Shown: positions 1 to 11,171, counted from the first letter of the stretch. The stretch is DNA of 12,411 nucleotides from Candidatus Poribacteria bacterium (GCA_963665845.2 CAXXJD010000001.1:1-12411); one strand, 5' to 3'. Notes: generated by a model from the letters alone, not told the origin. Made by a program: numbers and translations.

Positions 1-787
1 GCGCGGTTCTGGGGTCCGTTCACGCCGATGAAAACCGCGCTGGTGTGCGCCGCGGCGGCTCTGGCAGCGATCCCTGGCTCCGCCGCCTCGGCGCGCTTGA
101 CGATTCTTCAGCTGGAGGGCGATTTTTTTTGCGGAGGCAAAACGGGCGTCATGGCGGACGCTCAAAGCGGTACTGGCGCCGCTCGCCGTCTTGACGCTCC
201 TACCGGCGGCGCTTTCTTGGACTGGCGTATCTCGGCGGGGCGCTCGGCAAACTTCTCGGCAACTGGTGGACGGGGCTGGGAATGCTGACGCTCATACCGG
301 GGCTGCTGGTCGGATTGCTGCTGGTGTTTTCGCTGTTTCTATGGGCGGTCGGGCTGCTGCCTTCTGCCCGCCGTCGCCGGCGTCAGCGGCGACAGCGGCA
401 TCGAAACCTCCTACCAGCTGACATCGATGGCATGGTCGCAGGGATGGCGCGTTCTTTTTTATGAAGCTGCTGCGCTGCTCATGTCGGCGCTGTCGGCGTC
501 TCTCTTTGCGGGGGCGTCGTTGGCGGGGCTGTTTTTGTTGACGCAGGCTGCAGCGCTGGGCGGGATAGCGGAGGCGTCTGTTGCGTTGTTCGGCAGCTTT
601 TTCTCGTTGTCGGCTCCGCCGGCGCCGCTTGATGAATTGCCGCTTCAGATTGGGGTTTGGATCGGCGCGTCCGTGTTGATCTTGACCTTATGGGCGTCCG
701 TTTCGTATTTCTTTAGCGGCGTCTCGGTCGGCAACGCGATCATCTATATCGATTTAAGGCAACGAATTTGGGGAGACAACGTTTTAA
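1..787 (+). CDS. Hypothetical polytopic membrane protein, 5'-truncated, reconstructed across about 4 single-base frameshifts
   Basis: Hydrophobic segments continue through successive frames: ORF 28 ([14 protein letters not shown]), ORF 191 frame ([14 protein letters not shown]), ORF 282 ([23 protein letters not shown]), ORF 427 ([22 protein letters not shown]...IYIDLRQR). One more +1 shift reaches tandem stops TAA TGA at 785-790. The end point is inferred. Confidence 0.6.
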
Positions 788-831
788 TGAAAGACGGCAG
801 GAACGGGGAGGCGAAAGGCGGGGGTAGAGCC

Positions 832-3360
832 ATGTTAAGCTACGTATTAGAAAAAATCGTCGGGTCAAAAAACGACCGCGACCTGAAAAAACTGCGCCAT
901 GTTGTGGAGCGGGTGAACGCGCTGGAGCCGTCAGTGAAAAACCTGACAGACGAACAGCTGTCGGCGAAGACGGCAGAATTTCGGGAACGGCTCTCCAACG
1001 GCGAAACGACCGACGATCTGTTGCCGGAGGCGTTCGCTGTGGTGCGCGAAACGGCATGGCGGCAGATTGGCGAGCGTCCGTATGACGTTCAGATTCTCGG
1101 CGCAGTTGTTCTTCATCAAGGGCGCATCGCCGAAATGCGGACGGGGGAGGGCAAGACGCTCACCTCCACGATGCCTGTTTATCTGAACGCGCTGACCGGG
1201 CGCGGCGTCCATGTCGTGACGGTGAACGAGTTTCTGGCGCAGAGAGACGCCGACTGGATGGGGCAGATCTACAAGGCGCTCGGCATGACGGTCGGCATCA
1301 CCCTAGAGGGGCGCCCCCGAAGTGTTAAAAAAGCGGCGTACGAGTGCGACATCACCTACGGCACCAATTCGGAGTTCGGGTTCGATTATCTGCGCGACCA
1401 CAGCAGCGCCCGCTCTATCGAAGAGAAGACGCAGCGGGAACTGCATTACTCCATTGTGGACGAGGTGGACAGCATCTTGATTGACGAGGCGCGGACGCCG
1501 CATATCATCTCGGAGCGCCGGAAGGAGAAAAGCGGAATATCCGCGCATCGCGCGCGTCGTCTCCCGTTTGAAAAAAGAGAAGCATTTTGAGATCGATGAA
1601 AAACGCTCCAAGCGCGGCTCCGCCTCCTTGACCGACGACGGCATCGACCTGCTTGAAAACGCTTTCTCTTTAAAAAACCTGTACGACCCTGAAAATATCG
1701 ACCTGCTGCATCACATCATGCAGTCGGTGAACGCGCATTATCTGTACCAAAACGATGTGGATTATGTGGTGACCGACGGGCGGGTCGTCATCGTGGACGA
1801 GTTCACGGGGCGCATGCAGCCGGAGCGCCGATTCAGCGACGGGCTGCATCAGGCGATTGAGGCGAAAGAAAAGGTGCGCATCGTTGAGGAGAGCCAGACG
1901 GTGGCGCGCATCACCTTTCAAAACTATTTCCGCATGTACGAAAAGCTGTCTGGGATGACAGGTACCGCGGCGACCGAAGCGAGCGAGTTTCACCAAATCT
2001 ACGGCTTGGATGTGGTCGTCGTGCCGACCAACATGCCGATGATCCGGGACGACCGCGACGACCTGGTCTTCCGCAACCATCGAGGCAAGGTACAAGCGGT
2101 CATCAACGACATAGCGGAGAATTTCAACGCGGGCCGCCCTGTTCTGGTCGGCACCATCTCCATTGAAGCGTCGGTTGAATTCAGCCGCGAGCTGACAAAG
2201 CGCGGCATCGCCCACCGCGTCCTGAACGCGAAGGAGCATACGAAGGAGGGCGAAATCATCGCCCATGCCGGGCAAAAACATGCGGTCACCATCGCGACGA
2301 ACATGGCGGGCCGCGGGGTGGACATCAAACTGGCGGACGGCGTCCTCGAACTGGGCGGGCTGTATGTGATCGGAACCGAACGGCATGACTCGCGGCGCAT
2401 CGACAACCAGCTGCGCGGGCGTTCTGGGCGTCAAAGGCGACCCCGGCGCCTCCCGTTTCTACCTGTCGCTTGAAAGACGACCTGATGCGCAAGTTCGGCT
2501 CCGACCGCATGGCGGGGATGATGGACAAGTTCCGCATCGAAGAGGATGTCCCGATGGAGCATAAGTGGTTCTCCAAGTCGATACAGAAGGCGCAGGAGCG
2601 GGTTGAACAGAACCATTTTGAGGCGCGCAAACAGATCCTCAAATACGACAATGTTTTGAGCCAGCAGCGCGATATGGTGTACGATCTGCGCGACCGCGCC
2701 ATCGAACAGGAAAGCCTGCGCGAAGACATGGCTTCAGATGGTGGAGGATGCGCTCACCGCCAAGATGGACGAAACGCTGCCCGAAGACGACCAGCTGGAG
2801 TGGGACGCCGAGGCGCTGCGGACATGGATGGAGCGGCAGTGCGGCGTGGAGCCTCCGCCGGCGCATCTCATCAACCGAGAGACGCCGCGCGATGAGATTT
2901 CAAGAGACGCTGCTTCAGATTTTCCAGAAGCGGTATGAGGAGCGGGAGCGGGAGCTGGGCGAGGAGGTCATGCGCGAGATCGAGCGTCTCATCCTGCTGG
3001 ATCGGATCGATTACCACTGGATGTCGCATCTTCACAACATCGATTACATTCAGGAGGGGATCGGGTTTAGAGGTTACGCCGGACGCGATCCGCTCATTGA
3101 GTTTCAGAACGAGGGCTTTGCGCTTTTTTCAAAACATGTTGACGCGCATTTACGAGGACGCCGCGCAGTATGTGTACCGCGTTCAGCTTCAGACGGCGCC
3201 GCAGCAGCCCGCGCCAACAGCCAACGGGAAGAGCAACGGAGCGGCGCCGCCGCAGAGACGCGCCCCCCGCAGCTCAACCGGCAAAAAAGTGGGGCGGAAC
3301 GCTCCCTGTCCATGCGGCAGCGGCAAGAAATTCAAACTGTGCTGCGGGCGGAACGCTTAG
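832..3360 (+). CDS. secA: Preprotein translocase ATPase SecA (about 840 aa after correcting about 6 +1 frameshifts)
   Basis: ATG 832 [16 protein letters not shown]. Motifs: Walker [71 protein letters not shown] (restored), C-terminal [25 protein letters not shown] ends at 3360. Shifts near 1530, 2433, 2474, 2730, 2899 and 3127. Confidence 0.97.
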
Positions 3361-3361
3361 C

Positions 3362-4551
3362 TTGAAAAATCTTCTGTTCCTCAGTTTGCGATTGCCGTAT
3401 CCGCCTCATCGGGGCGGACCGAATCCGCGCGTTTCATTTCATACGCGGACTGCAGGAAAAGTATCGAATCGCGCTGGCGGCGTTTTTTGAAAAGCGAAGC
3501 GAACTGGACAATCTCGGACCGCTGCGCGAGATGTGCGCCGAGATATACGCCGCGCCGCATTCCGCATGGAAAGGCGCGGGCGCGCGCCGCCGCGAGCCTG
3601 TTCGGAAACGAGCCGCTTCAAGAACGCCATGTGGAGATCGACGCAAATGGCGGACGCGGTGCGGGAAGCCATCGACGAAAGCGCGCCGGACGCCGTCCAT
3701 GCCTCGCTTTTTCGCATGGGGCGGTATGTGGCGGAGGAGCCGCTGCCGAAGCTGTTAGACCTGTGCGATTCGATGGCGATGAACCTGCGCCGGCGAATGG
3801 AGCGCGAACGCAACCCGCTCAACCGACCGCTCCTGAGGATCGAAGAGAAACGGGCGCGGCGGTATGAAGCGGAGATTATTCAGGCGTTCGACCGTACCGT
3901 CGTCATCGCCGCGGACGACCGAGACGCGATCCATGAGACGGCGCCGGACGCGCGGCTTGACATCGTCTCGCAGGGAGTCGACTTAGACTACTTCTCCCCC
4001 TCCCGTCCAGAGCGAAAAGGTCCGCCGACGATTCTTTTCACCGGGACGATGAACTACTTTCCCAACACGGACGCGGCGATGTTTCTTGCGCATGACACGC
4101 TGCCGAAGGTGCGGGAGGCGTTTCCGGACGCGCGGCTTATCTTGGCGGGGTACCAGCCCGCCGCGGCCGCTGCGCCGATTGAACGGACGGAACGGCGTTG
4201 TTGTTACAGGCGCGGCGCCCGATCTGCGCCCTTATTTTGAGGAGGCGGACATCTTCGCCGCGCCGATGTTCTGCGGCTCCGGCGTTCAAACCAAAAATCT
4301 GGAAGCGATGGCGATGAAGCTGCCGGTTGTAACCACGCCGCTCGGAAGGCAGGGCTGCGGCGCCCGAAACGGACATGAGCTGCTGGAAGCAAATGATCAA
4401 GACAAATTCGCCCAAGAGGTTATATCGTTATTAAAGGACAGGGATCGGCAGCGCGCCTTAGCCGACGCCGGGCGCCGATATGTGGAGCGGGAACATGGAT
4501 GGGGCGTCATCACCGAAAAAGCTTTGCCGACTATACGATGAGATACTTTAA
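3362..4551 (+). CDS. GT4-family (GT-B fold) glycosyltransferase, resembling TIGR03087-type sugar transferases; about 5 +1 frameshifts
   Basis: TTG at 3362 gives a restored N-terminus MKNLLFLSLRLPYPPHRGDRIRAFHFIRGL. Later motifs: DLCDSMA, QGVDLDYF, ILFTGTMNYFPNTDA, APMFCGSGVQTKNLEAMAMKLPVVTT, GRRYVEREHGW. Restored end EKLCRLYDEIL, TAA 4549-4551. Confidence 0.88.
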
Positions 4552-4554
4552 AAA

Positions 4555-6354
4555 ATGAAACGAACGCGCAATTTTTGCATCATCGCCCATATTGATCATG
4601 GCAAGTCGACGCTCGCCGACCGCCTGCTTGAAACGACCGGCGCTCTGGACGAACGGGAGATGCGCGATCAGGCTCTCGATACGATGGACCTTGAACGGGA
4701 ACGCGGAATCACGATCAAGGCGGCGGTCGCCCGCTTGTCCTACGCCGCAAAAGACGGCAGCGAATATGAGGCTGAACCTGATCGACACGCCGGGGCATGT
4801 GGACTTCACCTATGAGGTTTCAAGGAGGCCTCGCCGCCTGCGAAGGCGCCTTGCTGCTGGTGGACGCCGCGCAAGGAATACAGGCGCAGACCGTCTCCAA
4901 CGCCACCTTGGCGCTGGAGCAGGGGCTGGAGATTGTCCCTGTGCTGAATAAGATTGATCTGCCCTCCGCTCAAATCGATCTCGTTTCTGAAGAGATTGAA
5001 GACCTGTTGGGAACGCCCGCTGAAGAGATACTGCAAATCAGCGCCAAAAACGGCGTCGGAGTAGAAGACGCGCTGGAGGCGGTCGTTCAGCGGATTCCTC
5101 CCCCGTCCGGCGATCTGAACGCCCCCTTAAAAGCGCTCGTCATCGACTCGCATTACGACACGTACCGCGGCGTCGTCATGTGCGTCCGCGTGATGGACGG
5201 ATCGCTGCGCAGCAAGATGCCGATACGTTTGATGGCGGCGGGCGACGAACGCGAGTCGGCGGAGGTGGGCGTCTTCGCGCCGCGCATGACGCCGGTCAAG
5301 GAACTGAGAGCAGGCTCGGTCGGGTATATCACCGCGAACATCAAGGACATCCGCCAAACGCGCATCGGCGACACGATCACCGACCGCGGAAACTCCGACG
5401 GCGCAGCCATGCCCAGGCTACCGCGACATGCAGCCGTTCGTTTTCTGCGGTCTCTACCCGGCGGACAGCTCCGACTTTTCGGCGCTGCGGGAGGCGCTGG
5501 ACAAGCTGCGCCTGAACGAAAGCTCCTTCACCTATGAGGCGGAAACCTCGGACGCTCTCGGCTTCGGTTTTCGGTGCGGTTTTCTCGGTCCGTTACATAT
5601 GGACATTGTGCGGGAGCGGCTTGAACGGGAGTATGATCTAACGCTCATCACGACGGCTCCGAATGTCCGGTATCAGGTTTTGACGAACGGCGGCGATGTG
5701 TTGGAGATCGAGAATCCGTCCGATATGCCGGGGCTGGGCGAGTTGGCGTCCATCGAAGAGCCGCGCGCGTCGGTTCAGTTGAGCGTCCCCGCCGAATATA
5801 TCGGCGCGGCAATGGAGCTGTGCGAAAGCCGCCGCGGGGACCTACCAATCGCTGGAGTATCTCACGCCGACGCGCGCGGCGATCCATTACGAGCTGCCGT
5901 TGAGCGAAATGGTCGTCAACTTTTTTGACAAGTTTAAAATCGTCCACGCGCGGCTACGGCTCCATGAGCTACGAGCTGATTGGTTACCGCGAGTCGGATC
6001 TGGTGAAGCTGGACATTCTCCTAAACGGAAAGCCTCTCGATGCGCTGTCGCTCATCATTCACAAAGAGAAGGCGGGCGAGCGGGGGCGCGCGCTGGCTGA
6101 AAAGCTGCAGGCGGTCATTCCGCGCCAGTTTTTCGATTGTGGCGATACAAGCCGCCATCGGACGGCGGGTCGTCGCGCGCAAGACGGTCAAAGCGATCCG
6201 AAAGAATGTCACCGCGAAATGTTACGGCGGGGACATCACCCGTAAACGAAAGCTGCTGGAACGGCAGAAAGAGGGGCGCAAACGCATGAAAGCGGTCGGC
6301 AGCGTCGAAGTGCCGCAGGAGGCGTTCACCGCCGCGCTCTCGATGGACGAATGA
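4555..6354 (+). CDS. lepA: Translation elongation factor 4 (LepA GTPase); 6 +1 frameshifts
   Basis: [103 protein letters not shown] ends at 6354. Confidence 0.97.
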
Positions 6355-6388
6355 AAACCGCAAAACGCATCAACTGATCATAAGGCCG

Positions 6389-7449
6389 GTGGAAAGAGAT
6401 GTCGCAAAAAAACGTACAGACAATGAATCGCCTGCTGAAAAAAAGATAGACGTGCGCAACCTCGGTCATCATGGACTGGGCGCAGATACTCATGATGGCG
6501 TTTATCGTCGTCTTTGGTTTCATTCGCCCGTTTATCGCCGAGCCGTATAAGATACCCTCAGGGTCTATGGAAAATACGTTGTTCGCCGGCGACCGGGTGT
6601 TGGTGCTGAAATTCAGCTACGGCGCCAAATTGCCGGCGACCTCCACACGCCTGTTCGACTTCCGCGGACCGCAGGCGGGCGATGTGTTTGTCTTTAGCCC
6701 TAAACACAGCCCGCTAGAGCATTTTATCAAGCGTGTCCGTTGCGAAGCCGGGCGATACGATCGCCGTCGGCGGCAACTCGCTGCTCATCAACAGCAAGCG
6801 GCTTTTGAACGAAGAATACGCGAAGCCGCTTCCGTATGCGAACGATGAGCCGTTTCAACATAAAAATGCAGCCTCCCATTTTCCGCCGTTTAGATCCCAT
6901 TGGTCGCTTGCGCCGTACTATTTGGAGCATCCCGGCGCCTGGGAATCGGTTCAAGAGTACATCGAACGGGAACAGGTTGAAACGGAGCTGTTCGACGAAG
7001 AGCCGATCGCCATGGCAACGGAGGACGGAACCCATTATCGGCTGCGCATCGCAGGGAAGGGCAGGGAGTACGACCGCCGACTCCCTGTCAAAGAGTACTA
7101 TATTGTCGAGGCGGACAACCGGGAGGGGAGAATCATGCGCGGCGTCCTGTACCAAAACACGGAGACGCTGCAGTGGACATTTACGCGCAGCCGTTCCTAC
7201 CGCAGGCATACGGGAAGACGCCGTTTTCAAGGTCCCGGACCGCCATTACTTTGCGGTCGGCGACAATCGGCTCAACCTCGCAGGACAGCCGCGCTTGGGG
7301 GTCCGGTTCCGTACGATGTTGTCAAGGGCAAGGCGGTCTGGATCTACTGGTCAAACGATCCGGACGCCCCCCGCAACACGCTTCGGCGCTGGATACGCTT
7401 TGACCATATCAAACCGATCATGAACAGGTATGGAACCCTTGAACCCTGA
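6389..7449 (+). CDS. lepB: Signal peptidase I; start uncertain (GTG 6389, ATG 6399 or ATG 6471); 4-5 +1 frameshifts
   Basis: TM anchor WAQILMMAFIVVFGFIRPF, catalytic Ser box IPSGSMENTLFAGDRVLVLK, catalytic Lys box FIKRV, restored box E [35 protein letters not shown]. Lies directly downstream of lepA. Confidence 0.92.
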
Positions 7450-8594
7450 CATCAGCCTCTATGTCCATATCCCGTTCTGTTTGCGCAAATGCCGCTACTG
7501 CGACTTTGCCACCTACCCGATGCGCCCCGAACTGACAGCGCCGTTTCTGTCGGCGCTGGAGACGGAAGCGGAGCGGGTCGGGTCGGCGGTTCTAGGAGCC
7601 GTCAAGACCGTTTTCTTCGGAGGAGGAACGCCCTCTCTGTTTGAACGGCGGGCAGATGAACAGGCTCATGGAGGCGCTGCGCCGCTCCTTCAACATGGAA
7701 CCGCAGGCGGAGATCACCCTTGAAGCGAACCCAGAGACGTCGGACGAACCGCGCCTGCGCGCCTATCGAAACGCGGGCGTCAACCGCCTCTCCATCGGCG
7801 CGCAAACCTTCGATGACGCGGCGCTGAAACAGCTGGACAGGACGCATTCTTCAGAGCAGATCGAGACGGCTTACCGGAACGCGCGAAACGCCGGCTTTGA
7901 AAACATCAACCTCGACATGATATTCGCCCTCCCTGGTCAGACGATGCGTAAATGGCGGGAGGATGCGCGGCGCGCCCGCTCTCTTGACCCTGAACATCTG
8001 TCCATTTACAACCTGACGATTGAGCCAAAAACCGTGTTTCATTACTGGAACCGCCAAGGCCGCCTCTCCCTTCCCGACGAGGACCTTCAAGCCGAAATGT
8101 ATGAGTGGACGCTGGATGCGATGGAGCGGGCGGGGTATCCGTATTACGAGCTGTCCAATTTTGCCAGGCTCGGCAGCGAATGCGAGCATAATCTGCGTTA
8201 CTGGCGCAACGAACCGCACGCGGGAATCGGTCCGGGGGCATGCAGTTATTTGAACGGCGAGCGGACAGCCAACACGCGCGGGACAAAGTCGTATATCAAG
8301 CGGATAGAGGAGGGGCGCGACCCGATCGTTGAACGGGAGCGGCTTGACGGGAAGGCGGCGCGCGCTGAAACGGTTCGGCAGGGGCTGCGAATGCGCGGCG
8401 GAGTTACTCTAACCGAATACGCCCGACGATACGGAATGTGCCTGCTGGACGACTTCCAAACGGAGATTGAGCAAATCACCCGCCTCGGCTTGACGACGCT
8501 GGCGGACGGAGCCTTGCGCTTGACGCGGCGCGGCGTTCTGCTCGCAAATGAAGCGTTTTTGCGACTGCTGCCCGAATCGGCGCTATCATATTAA
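7430..8594 (+). CDS. hemW: Radical SAM heme chaperone HemW (HemN-like); one +1 frameshift near 7640
   Basis: SLYVHIPFCLRKCRYCDF (CxxxCxxC), FFGGGTPS, EITLEANP, NRLSIGAQTF, DMIFALPGQT, YELSNFAR and the HemW-type HNLRYW motif. Overlaps the lepB end by 20 nt. Confidence 0.9.
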
Positions 8595-8628
8595 CAGCGG
8601 AAAAACGAAGGAGAAACGCGACGCCCGC

Positions 8629-9725
8629 ATGAACGCCACAACCGCCCTCGTCGGCATGAGCATAGAAGAGATGGAGCGATGGGCTGAAGAGAACGGTCAG
8701 CCCGCATACCGCGGCCGGCAGCTGTACCAATGGATCTACCGGCGCGGCGCCGCCGCTTTTTCCGAAATGACCAATTTGCCGAAAGCATGGCGGTCGGAGC
8801 TGGAGAAGTCCGCCTCGCTGACCGCGTTGAAGGTTGCCGCGGAGCGGGTCTCGTCCGACGGAACGACGAAATACCTGATGGAGCTGCAGGACGGGGAACA
8901 GGTCGAGTCGGTTCTGATACCGGACGGCTCCCGCCTGACGCTGTGCGTTTTCAAGTCCAGGTCGGGTGCGGTCAAAAATGTTCGTTCTGCGCGACCGCTC
9001 TTTTGGGGCTGCGGCGCAATATGACAGCGGGGGAGATCTTGGGTCAGGCGCTGGAGGCGTCCCGCCGCGTCGGTCGGGACTCGTTGACAAACATGGTGTT
9101 CATGGGCATGGGGGAGCCTCTGGCGAATTACAAGAATTTGATGACGGCGCTGCGCGTTCTATCGCATCCGGAAGGGTTTGCGCTTGGAGCGCGCAAGATC
9201 ACCGTGTCGACCTCCGGTTTAGCGCCGGCGATTCGCCGTTTTGCGCGCGAGAAGTTGAAGACGGGTCTGGCGCTGTCTCTCAACGCGACGACCGACGAGA
9301 CGCGCAACGATTTGATTCCGTCCAATCGACGTTATACTATTGCAAATGTGTTGGCGGCGTGCCTGGAATGGATCGAAGCTTCGAAACGGCGTTTGACGAT
9401 AGAATATGCGATGATACGCGATGTGAACGATACGGCTGAAGACGCTTACCGTCTGCGCCGTCTGCTGCGGGATGTTCCGTCTAAAGTGAATCTGATACCG
9501 TTCAATCCGATACCTGGGAGTTCCTATGTCCGACCGCGCGCCTCGTCCGTGTTGAAGTTCCAGCGGATTATGCTGGACGGCGGCATCGGAGCGACCGTCC
9601 GCAAAACCAAGGGACAAGATATAGAGGCGGCATGCGGACAGCTGCGCGCCTCCACCGAAGGTTCCACACCGAAGCGCGCCCGCTCGCGCATGGAAGAGAA
9701 AGGAAATGCAAGTGCAGGTAGGTAA
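8629..9725 (+). CDS. rlmN: Dual-specificity 23S rRNA/tRNA C2-adenosine methyltransferase RlmN (radical SAM); two +1 shifts at about 8947-8957
   Basis: YRGRQLYQWIY, SSDGTTKYL, restored LCVSSQVGCGQKCSFCAT, VFMGMGEPL, ITVSTSG, VNLIPFNP, GQDIEAACGQL. AAGGAG at 8608-8613 lies upstream, with a long spacing to the start. Confidence 0.95.
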
Positions 9726-10937
9726 ATTGCCCGGCTCCGGAGCTTTCCGCTGGTCGGGTCGAATCGCGGCTGTTGCGGCGCTTTTGACGGCGCTGGTCGG
9801 CTGCGAAATCAAGGAAACCGATTTTACATATTATGAGGTTGGTAAACAGCAGCTGATCAACGACAGCTCGTCGCAGGCCGCGAAAGATTTTCAGAAATCG
9901 ATCGACAAAGAGCCGAAAACAAGGTCCATCGCGCGCGCGTATCTAGCGGTGGCGTACGACCGCGCGGCAAAGAAGATGCGAAACATCCCCTCGGAAGCGC
10001 AAAGATACATCGAAATGCGGGACAAATCCATCGGCGAGGTGCGCCAAGACCCATCGGCAATACTGGGCATGGTCCAAATTCTGAAACGTCAAGATTTTCT
10101 TTCCGAATCGGCTGAAGACGCGCTCGTCGTTTTGGGCGAAGACTGCGTCCCGGACCTGATCCACTCCTACCATAAGCCGCTGGTGCGGCGAAAGGTGCAG
10201 CGCGTCCTGGCGCGCATCGGTCCCAAAGCGGCTGCAGGACTCAAAGAAGCGATACTGTCCGATTCGTACAACGCGCAAGAGAAAACGGAACTGCTGCGCG
10301 TTCTGGGGCATGTGACCGACGCCCAGTCGATTCCGTTTTTGAAAACGCTGCAAGAGGATGAAACCGCCCCGGCGGGGCTGCGTACGGAAGCGTCCGCCGC
10401 GCTGTACAAGCTCGGCGAAAAGGGCGAGCGCGGCTTTATTCTCAGCAGTCTCGACTCCAATGATCTGCTGGCGCGGCGCGCCGCGGCGTATGCGCTGCAA
10501 TTCTTGGACAGGAAAACCCCCCGCGTCGACGATCATTGAGCGGCTGTCCGATGAGGATGAAATCGTGCGGATGAGCATCGTCCAAGCGATCCAAAAACAC
10601 GGCAACGGGCGCTCAACCATCAACGCCCTTGTGGACGCTTTACAGAAGGAAAAGAACAACGCCGTTGTTGACAAGATGGTGGAGACGATCGCCAGTTTTG
10701 AAGCGTCCGCCATCGAACCGACCCTAAAGGCGCTCATGAAAAAAACAGGAGAACGACCACTGGAGGCGCCGGCAGCGGCTCTCGCGCATCATCGGCGATG
10801 AACAGGTGATATGGAAGTTGTCGGAAAACCAGCTCTACGACCTGGATGAGTTCTACCGCAAAGAGCAGGCGCCGCAGGTTCAGAACATCCTAGGGGACAT
10901 TCTCACCAAGATTGCCGAAAAGGAGGCAGGCGGCTGA
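9706..10937 (+). CDS. Putative lipoprotein with a TPR-like helical segment followed by HEAT repeats; 2 +1 frameshifts
   Basis: Signal RIAAVAALLTALVG-C (lipobox, Cys codon 9802). TPR-like YYEVGKQQL...AAKDFQKSIDKEP...ARAYLAVAY. HEAT-like units AEDALVVLG, LRVLGHVTDAQSIPFL, RTEASAALYKLG, LSDEDEIVRMSIVQAI. Restored tail ...ILTKIAEKEAGG, TGA 10935-10937. AAGGA at 9700-9704 suggests GTG 9712 may be the true start. Confidence 0.75.
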
Positions 10938-10938
10938 T

Positions 10939-10964
10939 CAACGCCGCCAGTGGGAAAGGCGTTG
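10939..10964 (+). terminator. Hairpin just after the lipoprotein stop; possible terminator or 3' stabiliser
   Basis: CAACGCC (10939-10945) pairs with GGCGTTG (10958-10964) around a 12-nt loop. There is no U-tract, so terminator function is doubtful. Confidence 0.3.
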
Positions 10965-10979
10965 TCAACCAGTTCGTTC

Positions 10980-11147
10980 CTGACCTCACGCCTAAAGTTG
11001 GGACATTCGAACCGACGATCGCTTTATTCATGGGAAAAAGGCGCCGCTAACCAAGCCGTCCTTCCCGCGTAAGCGGGAATCTAGAGGCGTCGCAGAAGAC
11101 GTCTGCGTTCGTCCGCCGGCATGTCCCAACTAAAGACGTAAGGTCAG
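10980..11147. mobile_element. MITE-like element 1 (168 bp, non-autonomous)
   Basis: Left end CTGACCTCACGCCTAAAGTTGGGACAT (10980-11006) matches the reverse complement of the right end, CTGACCTTACGTCTTTAGTTGGGACAT (11121-11147), at 23/27. Perfect 8-bp flanking direct repeat GTTCGTTC at 10972-10979 and 11148-11155. No transposase. Confidence 0.85.
11058..11111 (+). repeat. dRS3/REP-like palindrome copy 1 plus second hairpin (inside MITE 1)
   Basis: GTC-CTTCCC-GCGTAAGC-GGGAAT-CTAGAG, followed by the hairpin CGCAGA-agacg-TCTGCG. 11062-11111 matches 11343-11392 at 47/50. Confidence 0.85.
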
Positions 11148-11153
11148 GTTCGT

Positions 11154-11171
11154 TCCCCGCTTCCGCGGGGA
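11154..11171. repeat. GC-rich palindrome at the junction of the two MITEs (REP-like, reverse orientation)
   Basis: TCCCCGC-ttcc-GCGGGGA forms a perfect 7-bp stem. It overlaps the right direct repeat of MITE 1 and the left direct repeat and terminus of MITE 2. Confidence 0.7.

Noticed and set aside
832-3360. Accessory SecA2 system
   Set aside because: The protein keeps the C-terminal SEC-C metal-binding motif typical of canonical SecA, and no secY2, asp or serine-rich substrate genes are in the window.
832-9725. Pseudogenes or programmed frameshifting in secA, lepA, lepB, hemW and rlmN
   Set aside because: Uniform +1 homopolymer insertions in all genes, with intact motifs and no shared slippery site, fit sequencing error better.
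8629-9725. Cfr-type resistance methyltransferase
   Set aside because: SSQVGC and MGMGEP motifs and the housekeeping context fit RlmN.
740-10737. Many - strand ORFs (e.g. 1670-2434, 9219-9812, 9943-10737) and short alternative-frame ORFs
   Set aside because: They are antisense shadows or frameshift fragments of well-supported genes in high-GC DNA, with no recognisable motifs.
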